A DNA stretch of 62,665 bases, the filler included, from an uncultured virus (IMG/VR IMGVR_UViG_2061766007_001450) (Duplodnaviria > Heunggongvirae > Uroviricota > Caudoviricetes). It is 5 parts of one record of this genome, joined end to end, with 100 filler letters (N's around TTAATTAATTAA, not from the genome) between each part and the next. Parts side by side here need not be neighbours in the genome. Positions count along the whole stretch, not along the records: positions 1,775 to 30,689 come from IMGVR_UViG_2061766007_001450; 4 more parts are not named here. One strand, 5' to 3'. A program made the position numbers and the translations under genes. The notes beneath the pieces were generated by a model. It saw only the letters and a list, made by a program, of their open reading frames with translations. It searched no databases and was not told the DNA's origin. Shown here one piece after another: positions 9,471 through 19,187 of the stretch. Each line of letters opens with the position of its first letter. The stretch's first letter is position 1.

Positions 9471-10110
9471 TTTTGATTTCGACACAATAAAAGATTTTGA
9501 CAATCATATAAATAATTCGATTATGGGGTATGACTTGCTTCATAATCTAATTATCAATTTGTCAGAGTTTTTTATACAGAAAAACAGCACCTTGCCAATA
9601 GTGGATTTAGGTTGCACATCAGGCAAATTGTTGCAGATGATAAAAGAGCGGTGGCCGTTTTTGAACTGCAAAGGATACGATAAAACAGACCACAATTTTT
9701 TGCAGACAAACGACATCGAATTAATAAGAGCCGACATTACAAATATTGATTTTCCCAAAAGTCAAATTTTTTACTCAATATTCACGCTGCAATTTATTGA
9801 GATTGGCAAACGACAAGATATTTTAAAGCGCATTTGCGAAAGTCTTTATCCAAACGGTGTATTTTTCTTTTGTGAAAAAGAGTATGCACAAAACGCCAAA
9901 TTTCAAGAGGTTTACACATTTGCGAATTATTCAAACAAACAAAAATCATTTTCGCACACTGAAATCCTCGAAAAAGAAAAAGACATCAGGACTTTAATGT
10001 CTCCGTTGAATGAGTACGAAAACAAAAAAATGCTTAAAACGGCAGGTTTTAAACATATAGACATATTTTTTAAATCGTTGAATTTTACAGGATATATTTG
10101 TCAAAAATGA
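9463..10110 (+). CDS. CmoA-like SAM-dependent enzyme (putative carboxy-SAM synthase)
   Basis: FD-HI--SI-GY, VDLGCTSG, FTLQFI, R--IL--I---L--NG-F---EK, L--AGF, FKSLNF match the CmoA layout. Confidence 0.7.
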   Translation: MSSFDFDTIKDFDNHINNSIMGYDLLHNLIINLSEFFIQKNSTLPIVDLGCTSGKLLQMIKERWPFLNCKGYDKTDHNFLQTNDIELIRADITNIDFPKSQIFYSIFTLQFIEIGKRQDILKRICESLYPNGVFFFCEKEYAQNAKFQEVYTFANYSNKQKSFSHTEILEKEKDIRTLMSPLNEYENKKMLKTAGFKHIDIFFKSLNFTGYICQK

Positions 10111-11141
10111 CAATAACAGAGAATATATTTCCGCTTGAATGGTCTTTAAAAGACCCGCTAAAAGTCGAATATCACGGCAAAAAAGTGTTTGGCACGTTTG
10201 TTTGTGGTGGTGGCTCTACAATGGGCTATAAATTAGCGGGTTACGAACATTTGGGGGGGGTAGAGTTTACGGAGCATTACAGCCGTATCTACAAAAAAAA
10301 CCACAACCCAAAATATTTCTATATGGAAGATATGAGGGATTTTGTAAATCGTGCCGACTTGCCCGAGGAACTTTACCATCTTGATTTGTTGGACGGTTCG
10401 CCACCGTGTGCGGCATTTTCGACAGCGGGCAAGCGCGAGGACATTTGGGGAAAGCAATCAACGTATGAAAACAAAGTGCAACAAAAGGACGATTTACCAT
10501 TTGTGTATTGCGCTTTGATAAACAAACTTGTGCCAAAAGTCTTTTTGCTTGAAAACGTTTCGGGACTATCGAAAGGCAACGGCAAGGTTTATATCAAAAA
10601 AATTATTCAGAGCGTTGCGACAAATTACGATTGTCAGGTCTTTTTGTTGTATGCGGCATCAATGGGCATACCGCAATTAAGGCAAAGAACATTTATAATT
10701 GGCAAGCGTAAGGAATTTAATTTGCCGAAATTGTCTTTGGATTTTCGATGCCCCCAAACTACATTTGCGGTAACAAAGAAGTTTTGGAACGATGCAGAAT
10801 TAAACAAGGATTGTTGGCTAACTAAACCGCGAATGATTAAAGAGTATGACGAAACACCTATCGGACATTCTCACCCGAAACATTTTAGCCGCGTGAAATT
10901 ATCCGAGTTTAAGCCCATAAACACGGTATTGGCGACATCGGCAAGCGAAATATCGCCGCTATTTCACCCATATCAAAGGCGCGTTCTTAATCTTGAAGAG
11001 GTGCGAATGTGCTGCACATTTCCGAAAGATTATGACTTTTTGGACTTGCCGCCCAATAATGTTATGGGGCGCAGCGTTTTGCCGGTAATGATGGCAAACA
11101 TCAGCCACCAAATTTATTTGCAGTGGCTAAGCAAAATTTAA
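10098..11141 (+). CDS. DNA cytosine-C5 methyltransferase family (possible carboxymethyltransferase); probable start 10107
   Basis: GSPPC, ENV, Q-R-R, FP-DY; motif X reads GRSV. Confidence 0.9.
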   Translation: MSKMTITENIFPLEWSLKDPLKVEYHGKKVFGTFVCGGGSTMGYKLAGYEHLGGVEFTEHYSRIYKKNHNPKYFYMEDMRDFVNRADLPEELYHLDLLDGSPPCAAFSTAGKREDIWGKQSTYENKVQQKDDLPFVYCALINKLVPKVFLLENVSGLSKGNGKVYIKKIIQSVATNYDCQVFLLYAASMGIPQLRQRTFIIGKRKEFNLPKLSLDFRCPQTTFAVTKKFWNDAELNKDCWLTKPRMIKEYDETPIGHSHPKHFSRVKLSEFKPINTVLATSASEISPLFHPYQRRVLNLEEVRMCCTFPKDYDFLDLPPNNVMGRSVLPVMMANISHQIYLQWLSKI

Positions 11142-11157
11142 TGTTTCACGTGTAACG
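11142..11157. promoter_or_regulatory. parS-like site abutting the methyltransferase stop
   Basis: TGTTTCACGTGTAACG directly after TAA. Confidence 0.7.
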
Positions 11158-11185
11158 ACACAAAAGACACAACAATAAAAAAGCA

Positions 11186-11536
11186 ATGAGGAACACGGCG
11201 CAGAAAAAGGAGCAATTTTTGACGGTCTATGCTAAACGCCTTTGCAATGTTACAGAGACTTGCAGGGCTATTGGCATAGAGCGCAAAACCTTTTACCGTT
11301 GGTACAATGGCGATGCACGTTTTAAAAAAGCCGTTGACGATACATCGGAAGTGCGCATTGACTTTGCGGAAAACGCCCTCAATCTAAAAATCCAATCAGG
11401 CGACACGGCGGCGATAATCTTTTTTCTCAAAACAAAAGGCAAGCATCGTGGATATGTTGAGCGTGTGGAAAATGCCGTATCGGTACAAGTAGAGCAACCG
11501 CTATTTGGTGACTATGACGAAAGTAAGGAGTGTTGN
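11186..11536 (+). CDS. Terminase small subunit-like HTH protein (116 aa)
   Basis: NVTETCRAIGIERKTFYRW, AAIIFFLKTKGKHRGYVER; overlaps the TerL start; near-identical to 44327-44677. Confidence 0.75.
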
Positions 11537-12850
11537 NNNNNNNNNNNNNNNNNNNNNNNNNNNNNNNNNNNNNNNNNNNNNNNNNNNNNNNNNNNNNNNN
11601 NNNNNNNNNNNNNNNNNNNNNNNNNNNNNNNNNNNNNNNNNNNNNNNNNNNNNNNNNNNNNNNNNNNNNNNNNNNNNNNNNNNNNNNNNNNNNNNNNNNN
11701 NNNNNNNNNNNNNNNNNNTAGTTTCATTGAGTTTTTCTCCGCCGACAAACAATCGAAAGTTAGAGGCCCGCGCCGTGATATTCTCTATATAAACGAGTGT
11801 AACGCCGTTGATTTTGAAACATATTACCAATTGGCAATCCGTACAAAAAAAGTAATATGGCTCGACTTTAATCCCACGTCCGAGTTTTGGGTACACACCG
11901 AACTCGCCAACGATGCAGACGTGGAGACGCTTGTTTTGACCTACAAAGACAACGAGGCATTAAGCCCTATTGTCGTAAAGGAAATCGAAAAGGCAAAAGA
12001 AAAAGCGTTTTTCAATCCCGACGCGCCCGACCTATTCAACGAAAAAAACATCAAGTCCCCTTATTGGGCAAATTGGTGGAAAGTCTATGGACGCGGAGAA
12101 GTCGGCAGCGTGCAAGGCTGTATTTTCTCTAATTGGAAATTGATTGACAAAATCCCGCCTGACGCGGTGCGCCTTGGTATCGGTATCGACTTTGGATTTA
12201 CCAACGATCCGACAACGGCGATTGAGTTGTGGCGATACAACGGTGGCATTATCATTAATCAACTTTGTTATCAATCGGGAATGACTAACAGAGATATTGC
12301 GGCGATGTTGAAAACAAACAACATTCCGCCGTCAACTGTAATCGTGGCGGATTGTGCCGAGCCGAAATCTATTGCAGAAATAAACCAATTTGGNNNNNNN
12401 NNNNNNNNNNNNNNNNNNNNNNNNNNNNNNNNNNNNNNNNNNNNNNNNNNNNNNNNNNNNNNNNNNNNNNNNNNNNCACGATAAAAGAATACAGGAACTA
12501 TGTTTGGGAAACCGACAAAGACGGCAATAAGACCGGCAGAGCCATTGATGCGTTTAATCATTCGATGGACGCACTGCGATACATAGCAACGACNNNNNNN
12601 NNNTGCGGACAGCATCAACTTTGGTATTGGCGTTATTCAAGAGGTTGATGATATGAGCATCACGAAAGACAGCACCGAAACCATAAAGGAATACCGAAAT
12701 TATGTTTGGGAAACCGACAAAGACGGCAACAAGACCGGCAGAGCGATTGATGCGTTTAATCATTCGATGGACGCACTGCGATACATAGCAACGACCGTAT
12801 TGGCGAGGTATCAACAGAAACATTCACGCGGAGTGGTGCGGCGCAATTAG
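11514..12850 (+). CDS. terL: Terminase large subunit, PBSX-like (gapped, duplicated 3' end)
   Basis: RG-RRDILYINE, LDFNP, TYKDN, GIDFGFTNDPT, ADCAEPKSI, D-FNHSMDALRY. Confidence 0.9.
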
Positions 12851-12943
12851 TGTAATAAATATTTTACAAGTGTCGAAAATTCCCGATAGTGCGTTTACAA
12901 AATGTAAAGTAAGATTAAAAAACGTGTTTCACGTGAAAAAATA

Positions 12944-12975
12944 TTTGCAAGTGTGGATTTTTGTTTGTATTTTTG
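12944..12975 (+). promoter_or_regulatory. Bacteroidota-type promoter just downstream of the parS-like site at 12925
   Basis: TTTG 12944-12947, 20 nt, TATTTTTG 12968-12975; conserved in B near 16701-16732 (-). Confidence 0.6.
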
Positions 12976-13088
12976 TGCTATTCAAAAAACGCACATTGTA
13001 AATACTATATTTGGCTATTTGTTTTAATTGTTTTTCACAGACCCCTTTTTCATAGTTAAACATTAGTTTAGATTGAAGTTTAATTTTT

Positions 13089-13121
13089 CCGCCCTGCAAC
13101 CTGCAACGCGGGGCGGTTTTT
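13089..13121 (+). terminator. Rho-independent terminator
   Basis: CCGCCC-loop-GGGCGG followed by TTTTT; conserved in B (16575-16606). Confidence 0.7.
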
Positions 13122-13170
13122 AAAGAAAATCCACATATTCCATATATATTTGAACGTTGATTTATTCAGT

Positions 13171-13199
13171 CCCGACCGTCAAAAAGTCGGGATTTTTTT
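13171..13199 (+). terminator. Rho-independent terminator
   Basis: CCCGAC-N9-GTCGGG followed by ATTTTTTT. Confidence 0.7.
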
Positions 13200-13220
13200 A
13201 ACAAAATTTTCGTTAAAAAA

Positions 13221-13252
13221 TTTGGTAGTTAAATTTGTAGTGAGTAACTTTG
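13221..13252 (+). promoter_or_regulatory. Bacteroidota-type promoter of the candidate ncRNA
   Basis: TTTG 13221-13224, 20 nt, TAACTTTG 13245-13252; -7 box identical in B. Confidence 0.7.
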
Positions 13253-13271
13253 CGGCATACTCAATGACATA

Positions 13272-13473
13272 CACGTTCACGGGAAGCCTGGCCTCCGACA
13301 GTCCTTTTGGGGAGCGTCGGAAATCCGAGGGACTAAAAATACTATTTAGACCGTAGGAAAACCCCGAGTGGCGGCGATTGTATCAATGCCACTTTTTGCT
13401 TTGAGCCTGAGAATTGCCCGCAAGGCACACAGATAAATCAAGAGCCTTACCACAGCAGCGGAGCGGCGATAAC
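13272..13473 (+). ncRNA. Candidate structured ncRNA, long form
   Basis: Stems CCGAC/GTCGG, AGTGGC/GCCACT and TGCC/GGCA conserved with the B copy while loops vary; frame-breaking indels. Confidence 0.55.
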
Positions 13474-13718
13474 ATCAACGCTCCATTTTTGAAGACATTG
13501 CCAATCAGCTCCGGCGGCGAAGTTCATAGAGAGCCGAGCCGCCATTTTATTAAGTGTCGAATATAATTCCATTATAATGTTTCGGGCGGTGGCGACAGCA
13601 TCAAGACCGCCTTTGTTAAGGATGATTGTTTTTTTCATTTTAGATAGACATAATTAAGTTTTTAGAGTTTTTCAATTTTTGATGATGTGTTTACTAACAA
13701 GAGTAGTTAAGTGTTTCG

Positions 13719-13746
13719 GCGCGGTGTTTCCTTACCGCGCTTTTTT
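13719..13746 (+). terminator. Rho-independent terminator followed by a parS-like site
   Basis: GCGCGG-loop-CCGCGC followed by TTTTTT. Confidence 0.65.
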
Positions 13747-13887
13747 GTTGTTTCACGTGAAAAAATCCGCCCTTGCAAAACGCTATCCGCCAACGTATTG
13801 AAAAATTTTTTGAAAAAAGTTTCAAAAAGATTTGGAAATAATGTTACATTATACATATCTTTGCATCGTTAAACATAGATAAACATT

Positions 13888-14073
13888 ATGAAAGTAAGCG
13901 AATTTGCAAAAAAATGCGGAGTTCACGATTTGACAGTCCGAAGATGGATTAAAGAGGGCAAAATCGTTGCAACGAAAGTGCCGATTAAACCCTTTGTCCT
14001 TGCATTGGATATTGCAGACGAGGAACTCAAAAAGATATTGATTAAAAAACCCAAACAAGATGGCGAGCAATGA
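13888..14073 (+). CDS. Small excisionase/MerR-like HTH protein
   Basis: SEFAKKCGVH-LTVRRWIKEGKI; preceded by a TTTG...TATCTTTG promoter. Confidence 0.8.
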   Translation: MKVSEFAKKCGVHDLTVRRWIKEGKIVATKVPIKPFVLALDIADEELKKILIKKPKQDGEQ

Positions 14074-14703
14074 GTTAACATATATCGAAGTCGAGGACAT
14101 CAAGGAAACACCGGCGGCATCAGTATTTGAGCGGTGCGAAATACAATCAAAGTTTCTGACCGTGACGGCGTGGTACTTGTCCCACTTTGGAAAACTCTCC
14201 CCCGATATTTGGTGGGGCTATCAATTCGNNNNNNNNNNATCAGTGTTTGAGCGGTGCGAAATCCAATCAAAGTTTCTGACCGTGACAGCGTGGTACTTGT
14301 CACACTTCGGGCGACTCTCGCCCGATATTTGGTGGGGCTATCAATTCGCATATTATGCGCTTTGTCTTTTGCCGATTGTCGCCTTGACATTCAGTATTGA
14401 CGTTTTGGCGATGGTGATAAANNNNNNNNNNGATATTATGCGCTTTGCTTGCTCCCGATTGTCGCCTTGACATTCAGTATTGACGTTTTGGCGATGGTGA
14501 TAAAAGGCGCGGTCATAGTGGCAAAGGCTATTGCACTGAAAGCGATAGACCTTGCATTTATGGCGGCGGGCAAAGTTGCAGGCGTTTTGGGAATTGCATT
14601 TGCCTTATTCCTAATTGTAATGTTTTGTTACAACGAGGGATGGGAAGGATGCAAAGAATGTTACAAAAATATCGTTGAATGGTTAGGAAATGTGTTAAAA
14701 TAA
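14060..14703 (+). CDS. Membrane protein (gapped overlapping pieces)
   Basis: Homolog of 15366-15809 and 40772-41203. Confidence 0.65.
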
Positions 14704-14844
14704 TTTTCTTTGTGTTAGTAACGGTAGTTATGGCGGTTGAGGTGACTAAGGCGAAATTTTATGCAGATGTTACGGAATGTTTCACGCCGACAGCCGAAAT
14801 GGGAGAGCCTAAATATATAACGCTCCNNNNNNNNNNGTAATATG

Positions 14845-15390
14845 TTAATTTGTTTGTTGCCATTCTAATATGTATTGTTTCATTGCATCAAAATCGAAAT
14901 TGTTTCCGCAACACGATGTTTTGTTTTGCTCCCAGTCTTGATGCCGTTTGATGTTTTCTTTTTTGATTTTGTATTGGTAACAAAGTTTGTTTATCAAAAC
15001 AATAATCAAAACTTGTTGTTTTAAAGTCGGGCGCGTCTTGTTAAAATCTCCGTGAATACATATCCCGATGTTGCCGCCGTTGCCGTTCTTTACGTGTGTG
15101 CCAATTTGATGCTCGTCTCGACACTTGTAAATTTTGTTTTCGCTTATGTAGTAGTGGTAAGCAAAGCCGCTCTCCCACTTGCAACTGTCGCGGTGGTATC
15201 GGTCAATTTCGTTTAAAGTAGTCGGGCGGTCGATGCCGTCGTGATGGAGCGTTATATATTTAGGCTCTCCCATTTCGGCTGTCGGCGTGAAACATGTTGT
15301 AACATCAACGTAATAACGCGCCTTAGTAACCTCAACCGCCATTCCTACTATCAACACAAAGAAAACTATTCTGCACAATCTTTTACCCAT
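14845..15390 (-). CDS. N-acetylmuramoyl-L-alanine amidase with N-terminal signal/anchor
   Basis: Hydrophobic N-terminus; ITLHH, AYHY, GTHV, NIGIC-HGDF, HQDW, TSCCG (Amidase_2 Zn ligands). Confidence 0.85.
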   Translation of the reverse strand: MGKRLCRIVFFVLIVGMAVEVTKARYYVDVTTCFTPTAEMGEPKYITLHHDGIDRPTTLNEIDRYHRDSCKWESGFAYHYYISENKIYKCRDEHQIGTHVKNGNGGNIGICIHGDFNKTRPTLKQQVLIIVLINKLCYQYKIKKENIKRHQDWEQNKTSCCGNNFDFDAMKQYILEWQQTN

Positions 15391-15809
15391 TCAATTAAAT
15401 TTTTGTAACAATCTTTCATACCCTCCCATCCTTGGGAGTTGACGAACATTACTATCAAAAAGATAGCAAAAGCGATTGCCAAGATGCCGACAATCTTAGA
15501 CGCTGCCACGTAACAAAGATTGATTGCGAAATCAATCACTTTTAATGTTGCAGTCTTTATTATCAAGGCTGCGCCTTTTGTCAACATCGCCAAAAGGTCA
15601 ATCGCGAATGATAGCAAAAACGCCGTCGGGAAACAAATCACGTAATACGCGAATTTGTAGCCCCACCAAACCTCGGGGGATAACGTGCCGAAATTCGACA
15701 GATACCACGCCGACACTGTCAGCAACTTTGATTGTATATTGCGCCGCTCAAATGCTGATGCCGTGCCTGCGATTTCCTCAGCCTCTACGTATGTTAACTC
15801 ATTGCTCAT
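15366..15809 (-). CDS. Membrane protein, 2-3 TM (possible holin)
   Basis: Hydrophobic segments; overlaps the amidase start. Confidence 0.65.
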   Translation of the reverse strand: MSNELTYVEAEEIAGTASAFERRNIQSKLLTVSAWYLSNFGTLSPEVWWGYKFAYYVICFPTAFLLSFAIDLLAMLTKGAALIIKTATLKVIDFAINLCYVAASKIVGILAIAFAIFLIVMFVNSQGWEGMKDCYKNLIEWVKDCAE

Positions 15810-15966
15810 TTGGTATTACTTTTTTTAGTTCCTCGTCCGCTATTTCATAAGCAAGGACGAATGGTTTTATCGCTTTTTTTGTGGCGACGATTTTTCCCTC
15901 TTTAATCCATCTTCGGACTGTCAAGGGGTGAACGTGCGCCACCTTTGCAAACTCTGATATTGTCAT
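15799..15966 (-). CDS. Small HTH protein (55 aa)
   Basis: MTISEFAKVAHVHPLTVRRWIKEGKI; homolog of 13888. Confidence 0.75.
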   Translation of the reverse strand: MTISEFAKVAHVHPLTVRRWIKEGKIVATKKAIKPFVLAYEIADEELKKVIPNEQ

Positions 15967-16263
15967 TGTATTATATTTAGTTGTGTTTAACGATGCAAAG
16001 ATATATATAATATAACATTATTTCCAAATCTTTTTGCAACTTTTTTCAAAATATTTTTCAAAGCGTTGGCGGATAGCGTTTTACAAGGGCGGATTTTTTT
16101 CCACGTGAAACAATAAAAAAAGGCGCGGAAGGGAAGATGCCGCGCCGGTGAAACACTTAACTCACAAAGTTAATAAACACATCATCTAATTGAAAAACTT
16201 AACACTTATACTTATACTATTGAATATGTCAAATAAAACTTCTATAAAAAGGCGGTTTGGCTT

Positions 16264-16417
16264 GTTGCCGCGCCGCCGTGGTTGTGGGTCTTGGCTTATC
16301 TTGTGCCTCGACGGGCATTTCTCAGGGTCAATCAAAAAGTGGCATTGATACAATCGCCGCCACTCGGGGTTCCGACGCTCCAAAAAGATTGTCGGCGGCC
16401 AGGCTTCCCGTGAACGT
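16264..16417 (-). ncRNA. Candidate structured ncRNA, medium form
   Basis: Homolog of 13272-13473 lacking one hairpin insertion. Confidence 0.55.
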
Positions 16418-16852
16418 TATATGTTGTATGCTGCAAAGTTACGCACTACAAATTTAATCACCAAATTTTTTAATAAAAATTTTGTTAAAAAAAGTCCCGA
16501 CTTTTTGACGGTCGGGACGTGGTACAATAAATAATCAACGTTCAAATATATATGGAATTAGGACTTGTCATTTAAAACCGCCCTGCGTTGCAGGTTGCAG
16601 GGCGGAAAAGATTTCAAATCTGAAAATAAACCAAAAAGCCTAAAAAGTGAAAAAAACAATTAAAACAAATAGTATTAAAATGTACGTTTTTTGAATAGCA
16701 CAAAAATACAAACAAAAATCCACACTTGCAAATAATTTTTCACGTAAAACACGTTTTTAAATCTTACTTTACATTTTGTAAACGCGGTATCGGGAATTTT
16801 CGACACTTGTAAAATAGTTTTTACACGATAATTTCCATTTTGGAAATAGTCG

Positions 16853-17149
16853 CTAATTGCGACGTACCACGCCTCGCGAATGTTTCTGCTGATACCTCGC
16901 CAATACGGTCGTTGCTATGTATCGTAATGCGTCCATCGAATGATTAAACGCATCAATGGCTCTGCCGGTCTTGTTGCCGTCTTTGTCAGTTTCCCAAACA
17001 TAGTTCCTATATTCTTTTATCGTTTCGGTGCTGTCTTTCGTGATGCTCATATCATCAACTTCTTGAATAACACCAATACCAAAGTTGATGCTGTCCGCGC
17101 CCTTGACTGATGGCTGCACGTGATAGCCAAATTGGTTTATTTCTGCAAT
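16853..17149 (-). CDS. terL: Terminase large subunit C-terminal fragment
   Basis: DAFNHSMDALRY; matches 12604-12850. Confidence 0.85.
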   Translation of the reverse strand: MAEINQFGYHVQPSVKGADSINFGIGVIQEVDDMSITKDSTETIKEYRNYVWETDKDGNKTGRAIDAFNHSMDALRYIATTVLARYQQKHSRGVVRRN

Positions 17150-17335
17150 NNNNNNNNNNGAAACATACCCGACTTTGAAACAACAAATTTTGATTATTGT
17201 TTTGATAAACAAACTTTGTTATCAATATAAAATCAAAAAAGAAAACATCAAACGACATCAAGATTGGGAGCAAAACAAAACATCGTGTTGCGGAAAGAAT
17301 TTTGATTTTGATGCAATGAAACAATACATTTTAGA

Positions 17336-18205
17336 ATGACAACAAACAAATTGACATATTACGACCCCGAAACAATGAGCGTCGGCAGCATCACCACGAC
17401 CGATAACGAAACGTGGTATAATTCCGCCGACGGTGTTGTAAGTAGGGTAGTGGAGCAGCCCGCGAGCCTTATTCCCTTCGCCGCCTATTCTGCATTTGTA
17501 AAGATGATGCAGAGAGCGGCACAGAGTAGCGGCAACGATACGGCAATAATGCCGCAATTTTCTGACATCGTCGCGGCAGCGTCGGGACAGTGTTTCGACA
17601 ATCTCCCGACAACAACCCGACAGACAAACGACACAAGCGCGGCGAGAAATGCCAAGCGTCCGCCGTTAAAACCGCGTCAGATTTTAAAGAAATATGCCGC
17701 AGTAGTGGCAATCTTGAAAGACGCAAAGACCATCAAGGAAGTGAGCGGCGGCGTTTATTCAGGCTTTAAATCCTTGCCGACAAACACCCCTCAATATTTG
17801 GTGGACGAAATAAACCGCAGAGGATTGAGGCGAGAAAACGGCAAGATGTGGACGCAGGAAACCGTCAGCCCGATTGTTGCCGCAATGAAAATCAACGCCC
17901 GACCGACTTTGTTTAGAGTTTGTTTTTTGATTGTTGTTTCGATGATAATCGCCGTTGGCGTTACGAAGGTATGGCAGTGGTTTGCAGCACCGACCGAAAC
18001 AACGATGCAGACAGTACAATCAAACAATCAAAACAAATTCACGGCGGCGGATGTTGATTTGATTTGTAAAGAAAACAAAATCAAGTTGACCGAGTACAGA
18101 GTAAATTTGATTGTGGCGAAAACATATCCCGACAAGTCGGCACTTGTCGCGGAAATCAAAACACAATATGCCGAAATGTTAAACGCAATGAAAAAACAGA
18201 AATGA
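17336..18205 (+). CDS. Protein with recombinase-type DNA-binding segment and one TM helix
   Basis: LVDEINRRGLRRENGKMWTQETVSPI followed by a hydrophobic helix; follows the amidase 3' end. Confidence 0.65.
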   Translation: MTTNKLTYYDPETMSVGSITTTDNETWYNSADGVVSRVVEQPASLIPFAAYSAFVKMMQRAAQSSGNDTAIMPQFSDIVAAASGQCFDNLPTTTRQTNDTSAARNAKRPPLKPRQILKKYAAVVAILKDAKTIKEVSGGVYSGFKSLPTNTPQYLVDEINRRGLRRENGKMWTQETVSPIVAAMKINARPTLFRVCFLIVVSMIIAVGVTKVWQWFAAPTETTMQTVQSNNQNKFTAADVDLICKENKIKLTEYRVNLIVAKTYPDKSALVAEIKTQYAEMLNAMKKQK

Positions 18206-18434
18206 AGATAATCGGAGTAATATTGGCAATGATTATTGTTGCCTTTGCCGTCAATATCTTGATGGGTGGCGGCGAGGTAACAAAGNNNNNNNNNNTTGTT
18301 TTTGATTGTAATGTTTTGCTACAATCAAGGATGGGACGGATGCAAAGAAACATACAGAGAAATAATTGAATGGGTAAAAAATGCGTTAAAATAATTTTCT
18401 TTGTGTTAGTAGTAGGAATGGCGGNNNNNNNNNN

Positions 18435-19076
18435 AGTATTTGCGGCAAATGGTAACCGCCTTGCGCAAAAAGTCAGACCAATCAATTTGCCTGTCAATGC
18501 CTTGGTAGTTGTTAATCTTGCCAATCTTGACGTGGCTTNNNNNNNNNNNNNNNNNNNNNNNNNNNNNNNNNNNNNNNNNNNNNNNNNNNNNNNNNNNNNN
18601 NNNNNNNNNNNNNNNNNNNNNNNNNNNNNNNNNNNNNNNNNNNNNNNNNNNNNNNNNNNNNNNCTGTCTGCATCTTCGGCAAATGTGAGTGTTGCGCCAA
18701 TCTTGATGCGGTTTCCAAATTCCTTAAAAACATCAAGATGCTGCAAGGCTCTTTCTCCGCCTTTGGTCAAGATTGCAACGTGATGACCGTACTTGTTGAG
18801 AATTTCCAAGACCTTTCGCGTATCATCAATATCCTTGCCGCAATACGGGTCGCCCGTGAATGACAGCAAAATCTGTTTGCCGCAACCTTGCATTTTACGT
18901 GCCGAGCGNNNNNNNNNNNNNNNNNNNNNNNNNNNNNNNNNNNNNNNNNNNNNNNNNNNNNNNNNNNNNNNNNGCACGTAGCAATACAAACAGTTGTGTG
19001 TGCATCCGTGGAAGTAGTTAAACGCCAACGGCGAGTACTCCCTTGCACGTCCTTTGGGTTCGTAGATGGTGCTCAT
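18435..19076 (-). CDS. Radical SAM protein (spore-photoproduct-lyase-like), gapped
   Basis: N-F-GCTHNCLYCY (CxxxCxxC), LSFTGDPY, ILTK; own promoter at about 19119-19151. Confidence 0.8.
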
Positions 19077-19187
19077 TTTCTTTGTGTTTAGTTAAGTGTT
19101 TTTCTTTATTTGTATGTACAAATTTACAATTATTATTTTTATTGTGCAAATTTTANNNNNNNNNNTGCGGTCGTATATACAAAGCCG

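Noticed and set aside
13405..13440. CTGAGAA as a hammerhead or TPP riboswitch core
   Set aside because: Does not fit CUGANGA...GAAA and lacks the other TPP elements
14778..14793. Half-sites TGTTTCACG (2484, 14778, 23804, 25378)
   Set aside because: Only one arm matches; not counted as parS-like sites
16186..16383. 65-aa ORF over the ncRNA candidate
   Set aside because: The frame is broken by a stop and indels in the homologous A copy
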